Positions 17,965-25,350 of a DNA stretch of 34,938 bases are shown piece by piece. The translations under genes and the position numbers were made by a program. This DNA is from a virus (lineage: Duplodnaviria; Caudoviricetes), in IMG/VR virus record IMGVR_UViG_3300033076_000095, positions 1 through 34,938 of that record; one strand, given 5' to 3'. A model generated the notes under the pieces. The model ran no database searches and was not told the DNA's origin. It worked only from the letters and a program-made list of their open reading frames with translations. Each line of letters opens with the position of its first letter. The first letter of the stretch is position 1.

Positions 17965-18577
17965 TTTTTGCTTTCAAGTTGTTAAGTTTTTCAATTCGTT
18001 CATCAAGCTCCCCAAGAAACTTGTTAACTTCGGCTTCCAACTCCAAAATATATTTGTCGTCACGCTCAATGCGTGTAACAAACAACTGGAGTCCTTCGGG
18101 CGCTCTTGGGTCAAACGACACAAAATCCACCCAAAGACGATTTGCACAAGCCATTTGCCATTGGACTTGCGGCATATATTTATTTGGCATCTTGCCTGTC
18201 AACAGCGTGTCAAAGTGAGTTGCTGTGTTAGGGCATTTGATTTCCAACATTCCATCAATGCTTACCAAGCCATCTGGAGATGCGGCGCACATGGGAATGA
18301 AAGGATGCTCAATGATGCCTACCTCATCCACCAAAACGTCTTTAAACGCTTCATAAGCGGCTCTAGCAAGTGGTTCTGTGGCTGTGCCCCATTCCATTGC
18401 TGCATTGGTAAATGAATCGGCTTTTTGGCCTGTCATGCGTTCGCAGATTAGTTGCGCCATGTAGTTTTCACGGCTGGCGCTGTAACCTGTTTTTGTCTTG
18501 GCAATAACGTCAGCAACTTTGCTGGCTGTGACTTTTCCCAAACGTGCTGCAAACCATTCTTCGCTACGTTGCTCCAT
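17957..18577 (-). CDS. YqaJ / lambda-exonuclease family recombination exonuclease
   Basis: EQRSEEWFAARLGKVTAS, WG...EPLAR, ASPDGL, EIKCP, Y.PQVQWQM motifs. Confidence 0.93.
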   Translation of the reverse strand: MEQRSEEWFAARLGKVTASKVADVIAKTKTGYSASRENYMAQLICERMTGQKADSFTNAAMEWGTATEPLARAAYEAFKDVLVDEVGIIEHPFIPMCAASPDGLVSIDGMLEIKCPNTATHFDTLLTGKMPNKYMPQVQWQMACANRLWVDFVSFDPRAPEGLQLFVTRIERDDKYILELEAEVNKFLGELDERIEKLNNLKAKNV

Positions 18578-19128
18578 TACAGACTCGCTTTCTTTTGATC
18601 TTTAATCTCAATAATTTTCTTTTGCCATTTTTTATCTGTTCCACAGGCTTTGTACGCTGGCAAATATGCTTTTTTCAATGATTCTTCGTCTGTTGCATCT
18701 TGAATGGCGGCAATGTGGTCAGCCATTAAGTTTGCATCAACTTCTTCTTTTTCTTGTTTTGCAGATGCAGAACCATCATCATCTTCTGGAGCAATACCGC
18801 AAGCCGCCATCAAGCTATGTCTACGACCATAAGTCAAAGCTGACGCATATCCTTGTGGGTCTTTTTTAGTGGCTGGAAAATGAAGAATTCCACACTCCAA
18901 CATTTCGCCTGATTCGTGTACAAACACAGTTTCAACCATGATGCCATCGGCACAATCGTAGTTTTTCTGCAAAAGAAAAATGCCGTTGTTGTTTAAAGCA
19001 TCAATGACCGCCTCAACACAAGCTGACAGATCAGCATATTTGCTTTTGAAGTGTGGGTTAAATGATGTTTTCAAAGCTGGCGCAAACTCACGTTGTGCTT
19101 TGACTAAAGATGTTGCAATCTGTTTCAT
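18577..19128 (-). CDS. erf: ERF-family ssDNA-annealing recombinase
   Basis: NPHFKSKYADL, VETVFVHESGE, QGYASALTYGRRHSL..ACGIAPEDDDG; GGAG RBS before ATG at 19128. Confidence 0.9.
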   Translation of the reverse strand: MKQIATSLVKAQREFAPALKTSFNPHFKSKYADLSACVEAVIDALNNNGIFLLQKNYDCADGIMVETVFVHESGEMLECGILHFPATKKDPQGYASALTYGRRHSLMAACGIAPEDDDGSASAKQEKEEVDANLMADHIAAIQDATDEESLKKAYLPAYKACGTDKKWQKKIIEIKDQKKASL

Positions 19129-19129
19129 A

Positions 19130-19324
19130 TTAAGCTCCAAAAACCAACATAGCCACGATAAAACCAGCCGCAAAAGCGTAGGCAATGTTTAGATACTTTT
19201 CGTAATCTGTTGTGTGGTGTTCAATCCAATTACCTTGTTGGAGTTGTTGTTGGCGTGTTACGTTGTCCATTTCAAAAGCCTCATCTAGTGTTCGTGGGAA
19301 TTTGCGTGTAGTCCAGTTGTGCAT
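19130..19324 (-). CDS. Small membrane protein (TRKFPRTLDEAF motif)
   Basis: C-terminal TM; GGAG RBS. Confidence 0.65.
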   Translation of the reverse strand: MHNWTTRKFPRTLDEAFEMDNVTRQQQLQQGNWIEHHTTDYEKYLNIAYAFAAGFIVAMLVFGA

Positions 19325-19326
19325 GA

Positions 19327-19569
19327 TTACTCCAATCCTGCGGCGCTCAAGGCCATTGAAAGATTCCACTCATTGCGTTCTTTGCGGCAATGCAGTTCAT
19401 ATTCACGCTCAAGAGCTTTGATGGTTGTGTCGGAAAGTAGGTTGACGATTTCTTTGCCTTCAACGTAAACAAACCACAAACTCATTGTGTAGTCGTCAAA
19501 GTAGCACTCCAATGTTGCATCGGAGTCGTCTAGCTTGTTAGCTGTGTAGTGTGTCAAATCAGTGTGCAT
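19327..19569 (-). CDS. Hypothetical protein, first gene of the leftward early operon
   Basis: 80 aa; GAGGA RBS. Confidence 0.7.
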   Translation of the reverse strand: MHTDLTHYTANKLDDSDATLECYFDDYTMSLWFVYVEGKEIVNLLSDTTIKALEREYELHCRKERNEWNLSMALSAAGLE

Positions 19570-19616
19570 GATGGTTTCCTCAAAAGACCGCTTACGATTT
19601 GTTGCGGCATGAGTGA

Positions 19617-19646
19617 AGTATAAGCGACCTTATCAACAATTTGCAA
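19617..19646 (-). promoter_or_regulatory. Leftward sigma70-like promoter
   Basis: TTGCAA-18 nt-TATACT on the minus strand, upstream of the leftward operon. Confidence 0.65.
19620..19633. promoter_or_regulatory. Palindromic operator ATAAG-N4-CTTAT
   Basis: Perfect 5-bp inverted repeat overlapping the leftward promoter; second copy at 19685. Confidence 0.6.
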
Positions 19647-19683
19647 GCCTATGCAAAAAAATTTTCAAAGTGTTGTTTTTTTG

Positions 19684-19698
19684 TATAATCTAGCTTAT
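19684..19698 (+). promoter_or_regulatory. Rightward -10 box (TATAAT) with overlapping operator ATAAT-N4-CTTAT
   Basis: TATAAT at 19684-19689, 7 nt before the cro-like ATG. Confidence 0.6.
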
Positions 19699-19849
19699 GA
19701 CCAAAGAACATTTTATAAAGCTGGCTGGCTCACAGCGTGAGCTTGCAAAGCTGTTGGGTATCAGCCAAGCGGCTGTGGCTCAGTGGAAAAAAGTGCCACA
19801 GGCTAGGCTTTGGCAATTGAAAATTCTCAAACCAAGGTGGTTCAAATGA
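19697..19849 (+). CDS. cro: Cro-like HTH regulator (50 aa, not in ORF track)
   Basis: MTKEHFIKLAGSQRELAKLLGISQAAVAQWKKVPQARLWQLKILKPRWFK. Confidence 0.85.
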   Translation: MTKEHFIKLAGSQRELAKLLGISQAAVAQWKKVPQARLWQLKILKPRWFK

Positions 19850-20010
19850 CATACATCACAGATGTGCCAGAAGGCTACGAATACGCAGCTATGACGTTGA
19901 CCAACAACAATGAGGTTGTCCTAGTTCACGAATCATTGCAACCAATGATCTATGACGAGTCAGTAATGACTTGGGTTCAAATGAATGTAGCAGGAGCATC
20001 ACATGGGTGA
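19846..20010 (+). CDS. Hypothetical protein (54 aa)
   Basis: ATGA-coupled to cro; AAGGTGG RBS. Confidence 0.65.
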   Translation: MTYITDVPEGYEYAAMTLTNNNEVVLVHESLQPMIYDESVMTWVQMNVAGASHG

Positions 20011-20137
20011 CGGTGGCAAAGGTTCAGGCCGCAGGAACGAGGACAGCGGCAAAGTCCGAGACAACTGGGACAAGATTGATTGGGGCAAGAAGGATGATGC
20101 TAAAAAGCAACAGCCTGAGCAACCAAAGAAGCTATAA
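20003..20137 (+). CDS. Small phage protein (MGDGGKGSGRR...NWDKIDW, 44 aa)
   Basis: AGGAG RBS; GGKGS...NWD motif seen in small phage proteins. Confidence 0.7.
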   Translation: MGDGGKGSGRRNEDSGKVRDNWDKIDWGKKDDAKKQQPEQPKKL

Positions 20138-20143
20138 TGTTTT

Positions 20144-20222
20144 GAAACACGGCTAGGTCTGAAGTCATGAGCAGACCGAAAAGGGTTACACCTTCCCCTG
20201 CCGCTTGTTTCTTTCAAAGGTG
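20144..20222 (+). ncRNA. Structured 5' leader (three-way junction plus pseudoknot) of the replication gene
   Basis: Follows TATAAT (20133-20138); P1 GAAACACGGC/GCCGCTTGTTTC, P2 GGTCTG/CAGACC, GAAAA, P3 GGG/CCC; loop CACCTT complementary to AAGGTG. Confidence 0.6.
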
Positions 20223-20242
20223 GTGGAAAAAGGTAAAACTCA

Positions 20243-21034
20243 ATGCACTATTACCAGTTCAACATTGGTGACTACAAAAGTCACACGGAACATCTTTCCG
20301 AAATGGAAGATTTGACCTATCGGCGTTTGCTTGATTGGTACTACCTTCACGAATCCCCTATTCCCCTTGATTTGTCTGAAACTGCAAGACAGATAAGGAT
20401 GCGTTCGCATAGCGATTGCATTGCGTTAGTATTGCAAGAGTATTTCGAACGCACTGAAAATGGCTGGATTCATCACAGAGCAAATAAAGAAATTGCTAAG
20501 GCCGATGACAAGTCACATAAGGCCAGCGAAAGTGCCAAAGCCAGATGGAAAAAGAAGAATGATGCGAACGCATTGCCAACGCAATCCGAAAGCAATGCTA
20601 CACATAACACATTACCCATAACACAAGACACAAAACACAAAGAGAAGCAGCCTACGGCTTTGAGTGTTCGTTTTGAAGAATTTTGGAAAGCCTATCCAAA
20701 GAAAGTCGGCAAGGATGCGGCTAAAAAGGCGTTTGAGAAGCGAAAACCAGATCAGGCTATGGTTGATGCCATGTTGAACGCAATTCACTTTCAAAAGGCT
20801 TCTGATGCTTGGCAGAAAGATGGTGGTCAATTCATTCCAAATCCTGCCACTTGGTTGAATCAAGGTCGTTGGCAAGATGAGATTGTCAACTTTAAGCCTG
20901 TTGACATTGTTCACATGACAACACCAACGCCAAAGAATTATGACGCTGCGCTACGCAAGATTGAAGAAGATGACAAAAAGGCAGCTCCAGTTCCTGACAG
21001 CGTTCGTGATTATCTTAAAAAGGTGAAAGCATGA
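20243..21034 (+). CDS. Replication initiator, YdaU/DUF1376 family
   Basis: MHYYQFNIGDY..T.HLS..ED..YRRLLD.YY N-terminus; FEEFWKAYPKKVGK...FIPNPATWLNQGRWQDE C-terminus. Confidence 0.85.
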   Translation: MHYYQFNIGDYKSHTEHLSEMEDLTYRRLLDWYYLHESPIPLDLSETARQIRMRSHSDCIALVLQEYFERTENGWIHHRANKEIAKADDKSHKASESAKARWKKKNDANALPTQSESNATHNTLPITQDTKHKEKQPTALSVRFEEFWKAYPKKVGKDAAKKAFEKRKPDQAMVDAMLNAIHFQKASDAWQKDGGQFIPNPATWLNQGRWQDEIVNFKPVDIVHMTTPTPKNYDAALRKIEEDDKKAAPVPDSVRDYLKKVKA

Positions 21035-21171
21035 CAGAAGAAGAATGGCAAATTTTTGGTGATTTGATTCAGTCAATTTTGTTGCGTTTTAAAGGCGCAG
21101 AGCTTGAGATTGAAAAATTGAAATTCCGCATTGAACAACTTGAGAGACAAAATGAAAGTCATTCCAATTAA
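21031..21171 (+). CDS. Small coiled-coil protein (46 aa)
   Basis: MTEEEWQIFG...; ATGA-coupled, AGGTG RBS. Confidence 0.6.
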   Translation: MTEEEWQIFGDLIQSILLRFKGAELEIEKLKFRIEQLERQNESHSN

Positions 21172-21820
21172 GCCTGAAGAAACCGAACCTTGGTTGCTTA
21201 AACGTCATTACGCAAAACGTATGTGTCCAATTAGCTATGCTTTTGGCCTTTATGACGGAAATGAACTTGTTGGGGTTGTGACCTACGGAATTCCAGCAAG
21301 TAGCACTTTGCGATCTGGAGTTTGTGGAAAAGATTTTCAGGATAACGTAATTGAACTAAACAGACTTTGTTGCAACAACGAAAACAACTATGCGTCAATG
21401 CTGGTTGGTCGTTCGTTAAAGATGCTTCCAAAGCCATCTGTTGTTGTTTCCTACGCTGACACAGATCAGGGTCATGTTGGTTATGTTTATCAAGCAACTA
21501 ACTTTTTTTACACTGGATTGAGCGAAAAGCGAACTGATTGGAAAGTCAAAGGACTTGAACATTTGCATGGAGCGACCATTGCAGACATGAGCCGTGGACA
21601 AGAAAACAGGGCGCAATGGATGCGAGAAAAGTTTGGTGACGATTTTTATTTGCAAGATAGACCTAGAAAACATCGTTATGTGTTTTTTCATGGGTCAAAA
21701 CCACAAAAAAAATTGATGATGAAAAGTTTGAAATACAAACTTGCAGATTATCCAAAAGGCGAAAGTAAAAGATACGATGCTGGCGCTAATGTTCAAACGC
21801 AAACACTTCTTTTTGTATGA
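21152..21820 (+). CDS. Mom-like (GNAT-fold) DNA-modification protein
   Basis: RHY...FGL...LVGVVTYG, IELNRL, VVSYAD..QGHVGYVYQATNF.YTG, KHRY motifs. Confidence 0.75.
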   Translation: MKVIPIKPEETEPWLLKRHYAKRMCPISYAFGLYDGNELVGVVTYGIPASSTLRSGVCGKDFQDNVIELNRLCCNNENNYASMLVGRSLKMLPKPSVVVSYADTDQGHVGYVYQATNFFYTGLSEKRTDWKVKGLEHLHGATIADMSRGQENRAQWMREKFGDDFYLQDRPRKHRYVFFHGSKPQKKLMMKSLKYKLADYPKGESKRYDAGANVQTQTLLFV

Positions 21821-22059
21821 CAAACGCAGAAGCCCACCAAATCCTTGACAGAGTAAAAAATGGAATCTGGCATTCAGAACGAGAAATCAAAGAAGCCTTG
21901 TTCGTTACAGGAGATTTACGACCAGACCGTTCTGCACCTAGCGAAACTTGCTATGTCTCCGTCTACCATCGATCAAGGTCGCTGGCGAGTGAGGGAGCTT
22001 ATGAACGACAGTTCGGGCCTCTTTGGAAACATAGCAACGGACATCAAACAGAAAATTGA
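21817..22059 (+). CDS. Hypothetical protein (EAHQILDRVK...ALFVTGDL)
   Basis: ATGA-coupled to the Mom-like gene. Confidence 0.55.
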   Translation: MTNAEAHQILDRVKNGIWHSEREIKEALFVTGDLRPDRSAPSETCYVSVYHRSRSLASEGAYERQFGPLWKHSNGHQTEN

Positions 22060-22111
22060 GGAACTTAAATGCGTAGAGCAGCAAGAGTTGATGCAAATCA
22101 AATCCAAGTAG
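21860..22111 (+). CDS. Hypothetical protein in overlapping frame
   Basis: Amphipathic helical C-terminal half (TVLHLAKLAM...RVRELMNDSSGLF); overlaps the previous ORF by 200 nt. Confidence 0.5.
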   Translation: MESGIQNEKSKKPCSLQEIYDQTVLHLAKLAMSPSTIDQGRWRVRELMNDSSGLFGNIATDIKQKIEELKCVEQQELMQIKSK

Positions 22112-22335
22112 TAAGCGCATTGAGAGCCGCTGGCGCTTATGTGTGGATTATTGGTTTGCCTGTGGATTTGTTGGTTGGTTACAACAATGAGACTTTTTTG
22201 TTTGAACTAAAAACGGATTCAAAGAAAAAACTGACTAAACTGCAACTAGACTTTTTTGAAAAGTGGAAAGGCGCAAGCCTACACAGGATAAACAGTCCAG
22301 ATGACGCATTGAGAATTATTGGAGCAATTAAATGA
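22069..22335 (+). CDS. VRR-NUC-like PD-(D/E)XK nuclease / resolvase
   Basis: RVDANQ..V..LR..G, VDLLVG, ELK, KLT..Q..F...W; GAGG RBS. Confidence 0.8.
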   Translation: MRRAARVDANQIQVVSALRAAGAYVWIIGLPVDLLVGYNNETFLFELKTDSKKKLTKLQLDFFEKWKGASLHRINSPDDALRIIGAIK

Positions 22336-22673
22336 GCGCACATGAAGCACCTTATCGGGCGATTGAGTACATCTTAAAACACTCAAAAGAATACGCAACA
22401 GCTAAAAGTCAGCGTGTTTATCTTGAGGAGTTCCGTAAAACAAAAAAAGCATTGTTGATGAAAGATGCGCTTGCAATGGGCGTAGAAGCTGCAAATGCAC
22501 AAGAACGTGAAGCCTACGCACACAAAGAGTATCAAGAGCTTTTGCAAGGTTTAGCAGCAGCCATTGAGGTTGAAGAACATCTTAAATGGAACTTGGAAGC
22601 GGCTAGGATGCGTATAGATGTGTGGCGTAGTCAAGAAGCATCTAATAGACTTGTTGACAAATCTGCGGCATAA
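22332..22673 (+). CDS. Conserved helical phage protein
   Basis: YLEEFRKTKKALLMK...AQEREAYA...WRSQEASNR; GGAG RBS. Confidence 0.75.
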   Translation: MSAHEAPYRAIEYILKHSKEYATAKSQRVYLEEFRKTKKALLMKDALAMGVEAANAQEREAYAHKEYQELLQGLAAAIEVEEHLKWNLEAARMRIDVWRSQEASNRLVDKSAA

Positions 22674-22681
22674 TGTGTTTG

Positions 22682-22750
22682 TCAACGGATACCTTTAGCG
22701 GGGGAAAAGCGGATTGAATCACCGTCTGCCGTTGATTTTTTCATTGATTC
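22682..22750 (+). ncRNA. Structured 5' leader (three-way junction plus pseudoknot) of an HNH gene
   Basis: Follows TAGACT-17-CATAAT; P1 TCAACGG/CCGTTGA, P2 CCTT/GGGG, GAAAA, P3 GCGG/CCGT; loop GAATCA complementary to TGATTC. Confidence 0.6.
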
Positions 22751-22768
22751 TTTCATGTGAGGTTCAAC

Positions 22769-23293
22769 ATGATTACACAAGAAATTTTGCAAGAGTACTT
22801 TAATTACCAAGATGGCGAATTGGTAAGAATCAAAGCAACTAGAGGTCAATCTATTGGGAAAAAAGCTGGTTGGATAACAACCTGCAATGGAGTCCAATAC
22901 AAAAAAATGAGTTTTTCACATAAAACTCTTTATGTTCACAGAATGATTTATCTTTGGCACTATGGAAAGATAGTTAAGTACATAGACCATATCAACGGAA
23001 ATTCTCTTGACAACAGAATTGAAAACTTGAGAGAAGCTACTCAAAGCCAAAACTGTGCAAATCAGGCTTTAAAAAAGAACAACACATCTGGCTACAAAGG
23101 CGTCAGATTTAGAAAAGACACAAACAGATGGACTGCAAACGTCATGCTAAACGGTAAAAACATTTCGTTTGGATGTTTTGATAATCCAAAAGATGCGTAT
23201 GAGGCTTACAAGATTGGATCAACAAAACTATTTGGCGAATTTGCAAGACACGAAGAAGCAACTAACCGAATGACAGACAAGGCGGCGCAATGA
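22769..23293 (+). CDS. HNH homing endonuclease with AP2-like C-terminal domain
   Basis: HRMIY...IDHINGNSLDNRIENLREAT, NTSGYKGV...W.A...FG.F; GAGG RBS before ATG at 22769. Confidence 0.9.
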   Translation: MITQEILQEYFNYQDGELVRIKATRGQSIGKKAGWITTCNGVQYKKMSFSHKTLYVHRMIYLWHYGKIVKYIDHINGNSLDNRIENLREATQSQNCANQALKKNNTSGYKGVRFRKDTNRWTANVMLNGKNISFGCFDNPKDAYEAYKIGSTKLFGEFARHEEATNRMTDKAAQ

Positions 23294-23490
23294 CACAAGA
23301 AATTATTGAAATGGCTGAAAAATGTGGCTTACCTGAGTTTGAAAACAATGAAAGCCAAGCTGAAAATTTAATTGAATTTGCAAAATTGATAGCAGAAAGA
23401 GAACGCAACCGACTTGCTGACGAACTTCAAAAAATGCCGCTAAACGACACAGCCAATTCAATCGCTATTTGGATAAGGGGTCAAGAATGA
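23290..23490 (+). CDS. Hypothetical protein (MTQEIIEMA family)
   Basis: Similar to 16733-16975; ATGA-coupled. Confidence 0.65.
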   Translation: MTQEIIEMAEKCGLPEFENNESQAENLIEFAKLIAERERNRLADELQKMPLNDTANSIAIWIRGQE

Positions 23491-24059
23491 AAGAACGTGA
23501 AGCATTGAAGCTGGCGCTTGAGGCGTTGAAGGCATTTCACTACGCGATGATTGACGCTGGTGTTTTGGATAAACAAGAGGTTTTGAACCAAGGTTTCACG
23601 GCAGCAACCGCCATCAAAGAAGCCTTGGCACAGCCAGAGCAGGAGCCTGTGGCGTGGCTTTCAAAAGGAGGCAAGGGAATATGGTTTCATAAGCCTGATG
23701 AAAGCCTTGGCGCAATACCTCTATACGCAGAGCCACAACGCTGCCCAAACTGCGACAGCCTAGAGCGACAAAACGCTGAATTAGATTTGCGGTTAGCAGA
23801 ACAAGACCAACCGCCATTCGGATTCCTGACAAATAAAAGACAGCGGTTTAATTTCGAGCCAAATGCAACAGGCTTGTCCAACATGCCGATGACGATTGAT
23901 TGGAAGATTCCGCTTTACGGCTCACCACAACCACAGCGCAAGCCGCTTTTGGCATCGGACATTGTGACAATGTACGACGAGAGCCCACGAAGTGACAACG
24001 AAATGATTGAGTTTGCCCGTGCCATCGAAGCCGCCCACGGCATCAAGGGGGACGCATGA
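23487..24059 (+). CDS. Mosaic accessory protein (ALAQPEQEPVAW...PLY...AAHGIK)
   Basis: Recurring linker motifs of modular phage accessory proteins; ATGA-coupled. Confidence 0.7.
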   Translation: MKEREALKLALEALKAFHYAMIDAGVLDKQEVLNQGFTAATAIKEALAQPEQEPVAWLSKGGKGIWFHKPDESLGAIPLYAEPQRCPNCDSLERQNAELDLRLAEQDQPPFGFLTNKRQRFNFEPNATGLSNMPMTIDWKIPLYGSPQPQRKPLLASDIVTMYDESPRSDNEMIEFARAIEAAHGIKGDA

Positions 24060-24205
24060 CACGAACTACAGTCCGACTGAAACTGGTTGACGGCCAGTGG
24101 TACGCATTTGGAAAAGGGCCGAAGCGGCAGCGAAATTTGTTGCTGGTTCCAGCCATCAACTTTTGCAAACGCCTGAATCAGAAAGCCGCCCACGGCATTA
24201 AGGAG
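24028..24205 (+). repeat. 23-nt direct repeat AAGCCGCCCACGGCAT(C/T)AAGG(G/A)G at 24028-24050 and 24183-24205
   Basis: Two mismatches; each copy encodes AAHGIK and includes the RBS of the next gene. Confidence 0.85.
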
Positions 24206-24208
24206 TAA
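24056..24208 (+). CDS. Hypothetical protein (50 aa)
   Basis: MTRTTVRLKL...AAHGIKE; lies between the direct repeats. Confidence 0.65.
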   Translation: MTRTTVRLKLVDGQWYAFGKGPKRQRNLLLVPAINFCKRLNQKAAHGIKE

Positions 24209-24211
24209 GAC

Positions 24212-24325
24212 ATGAAATGCTACAAACACAACTACACAGAACATCCAGCCAAAAAATCACCCAATGGGTACTGGTTTCGTTGCGTCTATTGCGGACATGA
24301 AATCTTTGGGGAACTTGTCAAATGA
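24212..24325 (+). CDS. Zinc-finger micropeptide (37 aa)
   Basis: MKCYKH...FRCVYCGHE; AAGGAG RBS; ATGA-coupled to the next gene. Confidence 0.65.
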   Translation: MKCYKHNYTEHPAKKSPNGYWFRCVYCGHEIFGELVK

Positions 24326-24783
24326 GAAAGAAGTGCAAGCGCAAGGTTTGGTCAACAACAATCAACCCTATTGCCCATGCAATAGCTGGCGCTGCTGTGG
24401 CTGACGACACCGCCCTAAACAAATTGCGTCTTTGTGAGCTTTCAGCAATTGACGCAATGACCAAGGGAATGGGTACGCCACACGATTGGCGCTGGATCGC
24501 TGACGTTCTTAACATCGCAGAAACAATGGCAAAGCATGGGATTGGGCCAGAGGTCTTGGAATACTGCAAAGAAGCCCAAAAAGCCCTGTTAGAGGCCAAA
24601 GAACGCTTTGACAAGACAGGAAAGATGGGTTTGTCTGGTGCTGGCATTAGAGCAGTCAAAGAATTGTGGGAATACCACGATCTTCAGCGGACAAGCGTTG
24701 CTAGGTCAGAATATGAGCGCATGATTCAAAAGACCATTAACCATGTGCGTAGTCATGGAAAGGATGTTGTGGAAGTCCTATGA
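24322..24783 (+). CDS. Conserved phage hypothetical protein
   Basis: 153 aa; MRKKCKRKVW..INPIAHAIAGA N-terminus. Confidence 0.75.
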   Translation: MRKKCKRKVWSTTINPIAHAIAGAAVADDTALNKLRLCELSAIDAMTKGMGTPHDWRWIADVLNIAETMAKHGIGPEVLEYCKEAQKALLEAKERFDKTGKMGLSGAGIRAVKELWEYHDLQRTSVARSEYERMIQKTINHVRSHGKDVVEVL

Positions 24784-25103
24784 TTCCCAAATTCAACTAT
24801 TTCAGGTCAAAAAAACACCTGAAAAACGTAGCCAGCCTATGCTGTCAGCATTGCGGGATTGATGGATATACCCAAGCGGCTCATTCAAACCAGCTTCAGC
24901 ATGGCAAAGGTAGGGGAATCAAGGCAAGCGATGAGTTCACAGCGGCACTATGTCTCAAATGCCACTATGAACTTGACCAAGGCAAGAATCTGTCCAAAGA
25001 AGAACGGATAGATATGTGGGAAAACGCCCACAAACGTACAAAAGCCGAGCTGATTAGACTCGGCGTATGGCCTGAAGAACTTAGCCCTTCTTGTGAGCCT
25101 TAG
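24780..25103 (+). CDS. Zn-binding putative nuclease (DUF968/DUF1364-like)
   Basis: RSKKHL..VA.L.CQHCG...AAHSN...GKGRGIKASD...ALCLKCH. Confidence 0.7.
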   Translation: MIPKFNYFRSKKHLKNVASLCCQHCGIDGYTQAAHSNQLQHGKGRGIKASDEFTAALCLKCHYELDQGKNLSKEERIDMWENAHKRTKAELIRLGVWPEELSPSCEP

Positions 25104-25248
25104 ACATGGGTTTTGCCTCGTGTTGCTTCAGTTCTTTTTCAACTTTGGCAATGCGGCGCATTTCTTCTTTGTGTTCGGCTTTTGTTTCGTAGTAGCCAGT
25201 AGGAGTTGGCTTGTTTTTCTTTTGCGTAACGGTGTAGTTGGTCATCAT
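25081..25248 (-). CDS. Small basic protein (55 aa), lone minus-strand gene
   Basis: MMTNYTVTQKK...EKELKQHEAKPMSKAHKKG; GGAG RBS at 25257-25260. Confidence 0.65.
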   Translation of the reverse strand: MMTNYTVTQKKNKPTPTGYYETKAEHKEEMRRIAKVEKELKQHEAKPMSKAHKKG

Positions 25249-25288
25249 GGAAAAAACTCCTATAATTGATGTGCCGATTATAAAAGGC

Positions 25289-25330
25289 GAAGTCCCAAGG
25301 TGGGAGACAACACCAAGGGACTTCTAACCA
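25289..25330 (+). promoter_or_regulatory. Leader hairpin upstream of an HNH gene
   Basis: GAAGTCCC-AA-GGTG-loop-CACC-AA-GGGACTTC then TAACCA; TATAAT at 25261. Confidence 0.5.
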
Positions 25331-25350
25331 AACAAAGAAAGGGGCTTTGA

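Noticed and set aside
20144-20222. Hammerhead ribozyme reading of the three-way-junction leaders
   Set aside because: GAAA is present but the CUGANGA core is absent in both copies
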